The position numbers were made by a program, and so were the translations under genes. This document shows, one piece after another, positions 62,022 through 64,000 of a stretch of DNA of 64,000 bases. Position 1 is the first letter of the stretch. The number at the start of each line of letters is the position of its first letter. This DNA is from Promethearchaeia archaeon (GTDB lineage Archaea; Asgardarchaeota; Lokiarchaeia; Sigyniarchaeales; SOKP01). Location: the NCBI GenBank assembly GCA_046483985.1, contig JAWOCD010000099.1, positions 68,648-132,647 on the forward strand, given 5' to 3'. The notes under the pieces are model-generated. The model had not been told where the DNA came from, did not search any database, and saw only the letters and a list, made by a program, of their open reading frames with translations.

Positions 62022-63029
62022 ATGGCTCAAGTTTTTTATATTTCAGAAAATAACGTAAGAGAAGCATGGTTATCAGCTGTTGCCAAAGTATATTTCCAAG
62101 GTGACGATATTAAAACAGAATATGATGACAATGATGATAAACTTTCAAAAGATGCCACAGTAATGATCGAAATCAAGAAGCCGATGAGTCATCCAATAAA
62201 ACGCAAAGATCGGCTTATTAAGATTAACACCAAATATGGAAACCGATATGAAGTTTACGGGTGTATGGCCGATACTTATCTTATTGGCTCGATTCAGAGC
62301 GGTTATATTGAAGAGATCATGGACGGAAAAAATGACCATTATATTTGGGACTCAGGGCAGAGTTTTCCGTATTCCTATCATGACCGGATTTTTAGTTATA
62401 AACCCTATTCGTTAGAAGACACGATACATAAGAACTATGATTTAGGGGTGGTTGATAAGGAGTTTGTCAGGGACCATCAAAAATTAATAAAATCCGAAAA
62501 AGTGGTGGAGAAAGAAGGCTCAATTGTATGGAAACTTAAAAATGGGATAGAATTCGAGTTAGATAAGGAGATCTCGGAGCAAATCGATATAAACCGGATT
62601 CCCATGGGAATACTTCAGTTCCCCGAGGTGGACCAAATCTCATATATCATCAAAAAACTCAAGAAATATCCTTATAGCAGACGGGCTCAAGCTATCACGT
62701 GGAGACCCCTTGTTGACCCTTATCATAATGATCCTCCGTGCTTACAAAGGATTTATATGAGAGTTAAAAATGGTAAATTAATAATGCAAACTACATGGAG
62801 AAGCCGAGACCTCTTCAGAGCATGGGAAGCAAATGTAAATGGAATGCTCCGGATACAAAAATATGTCGCGGATGAATTAGAAGTAGAAATGGGACATTAT
62901 TTAGACTTTGCAAATTCATTACATATCTACGGGGATAGTTTCAAAGAAGTGGAAGATCTGTTCGAACGAATGAGAAATAAGGACGAACTGCCTGAAGATA
63001 TCATACAGATGGTGGAAAACTACAGCTAA
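62022..63029 (+). CDS. thyA: Thymidylate synthase, archaeal ThyA type
   Basis: SRRAQAITW, DPPCLQ, WRSRD...N, SLHIY. Confidence 0.9.
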   Translation: MAQVFYISENNVREAWLSAVAKVYFQGDDIKTEYDDNDDKLSKDATVMIEIKKPMSHPIKRKDRLIKINTKYGNRYEVYGCMADTYLIGSIQSGYIEEIMDGKNDHYIWDSGQSFPYSYHDRIFSYKPYSLEDTIHKNYDLGVVDKEFVRDHQKLIKSEKVVEKEGSIVWKLKNGIEFELDKEISEQIDINRIPMGILQFPEVDQISYIIKKLKKYPYSRRAQAITWRPLVDPYHNDPPCLQRIYMRVKNGKLIMQTTWRSRDLFRAWEANVNGMLRIQKYVADELEVEMGHYLDFANSLHIYGDSFKEVEDLFERMRNKDELPEDIIQMVENYS

Positions 63030-63044
63030 TTATTGGCGTTATCT

Positions 63045-63800
63045 TTAGAAAATCCGGGGAAAGACTTTCTCTGTATTTTTCTCAATTATTTCTTCTACAT
63101 CTACAAGTTTTTTGTCTTTAATTTTGGAAATCTTCTGAGCTACACCTTTAACCATCCCCGGCGTTCCTGATTTACCCCGGTATTCCACGGGGCCATCACT
63201 TTCCAAGAGTATTTGATGGATATCCACCTTTTCGGCATAGGATTGTATCCTTTTTGAAAAATTAATCGCGGGATTAAACGAGAAATAATAACCACTTTCA
63301 ATGCCTTGTTGTAAGAATTTTTTGGGTCCTGAATACCAATGAATATTTATTTTTGAAAGATCATATGACGGAAGGAGTTCAAAAATCTCTTTTTCCGCCC
63401 CCTTTGTATGCAAATTGACTGGTAATTTCAGTTCTTGAGCAATTTCTAGCATCTTTAAAAATATTTCCTTTTGCAAAGGATATAAATTCTTATTTTTTAC
63501 AAAGTGATGATCAAGACCGATTTCGGCAATTGCACAGATTTTCTCCGCGTTCTCTCTTATCAAAGCAATTATTGATTCTAAATCCTGTTTAATTTCATTA
63601 TTTTCTTCCACCTCTTGCGGATGGATTCCTAACGCAGGAAAAATTTGATCGTACCGTTCGCAAAGTTCCAAAGTACGTTTTTGACTGACGACACTCATTC
63701 CCACAGATATTATCTTTTCTACGCCGTTTTCTTTTGCTTGTTTTAAAACTTTATCAAGTACCATATAGAGATTCATATGGCTATGTGTATCGATGAACAT
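63045..63800 (-). CDS. tatD: TatD-family deoxyribonuclease
   Basis: IDTHSH, GIHP, AEIGLD, LPVNLH, IHWYSG, LLESDGP. Confidence 0.95.
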   Translation of the reverse strand: MFIDTHSHMNLYMVLDKVLKQAKENGVEKIISVGMSVVSQKRTLELCERYDQIFPALGIHPQEVEENNEIKQDLESIIALIRENAEKICAIAEIGLDHHFVKNKNLYPLQKEIFLKMLEIAQELKLPVNLHTKGAEKEIFELLPSYDLSKINIHWYSGPKKFLQQGIESGYYFSFNPAINFSKRIQSYAEKVDIHQILLESDGPVEYRGKSGTPGMVKGVAQKISKIKDKKLVDVEEIIEKNTEKVFPRIF

Positions 63801-63815
63801 AGGCTAATCATATTA

Positions 63816-64000
63816 TTGAAGTCTCCCCGCCCTAAAGGACGGGGATTCCTACGAGTCCACTAAGCGTTAGCTGGTGGGCATATCTTAGGGCTGTGTGTCG
63901 TAGAAAACCCGTTCCATTGCTTTAGAAAGGATTCCTCCTTCAAAGAGGGTTGATGCGATAGGTCAGCAGATGTGAGAAACTTTACCATAATATTAACAGC
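63816..64000 (-). mobile_element. tnpB: IS200/IS605 element right end with tnpB 3' end (runs off the window)
   Basis: AVNIM...* (63860-64000) matches the TnpB RuvC-III tail; end GGAATCCCCGTCCTTTAGGGCGGGGAGACTTCAA. Confidence 0.85.

Noticed and set aside
1-64000. CRISPR array, rRNA, integrase/provirus
   Set aside because: No regularly spaced repeats, rRNA-like GC-rich blocks or viral hallmark genes seen

Overview
AT-rich archaeal chromosomal window. Gene content suggests an Asgard archaeon of the Lokiarchaeia type (inference): proteasome alpha subunit, TFB, RFC, archaeal ThyA, several ubiquitin-fold proteins, a small GTPase and K/E-rich giant proteins. The housekeeping backbone includes psmA, a three-gene RFC cluster, grpE-dnaK-dnaJ-clpB-tfb, acyl-CoA dehydrogenase, pyk, AOR, a RimK-family ligase, maf, two prenol/dolichol kinase-like genes, thyA and tatD. 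Four things stand out. (1) A four-gene operon of a degenerate AAA+ protein, an SMC with Smc5/6-like head and hinge motifs, a kleisin-like gene and a kite-like gene (38059-44159), abutted by an atypical small GTPase pair. (2) A ubiquitin/MoaD-fold gene ending in TGA-TGA, with a eukaryote-style SECIS-like hairpin in its 3' region, a candidate new selenoprotein (6545-7063). (3) A second RFC small subunit with a dead Walker B motif, reminiscent of eukaryotic Rfc5/RFC3. (4) A ~6 kb decayed toxin-antitoxin island (48335-54274). IS200/IS605 (tnpB) ends or scars occur at four to five places. I also found unannotated items: a 44-aa Zn-finger microprotein, an ATC-initiated maf and several pseudogene remnants. 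No rRNA, tRNA or CRISPR array was recognised. All family calls come from motif recognition by eye, not database searches.
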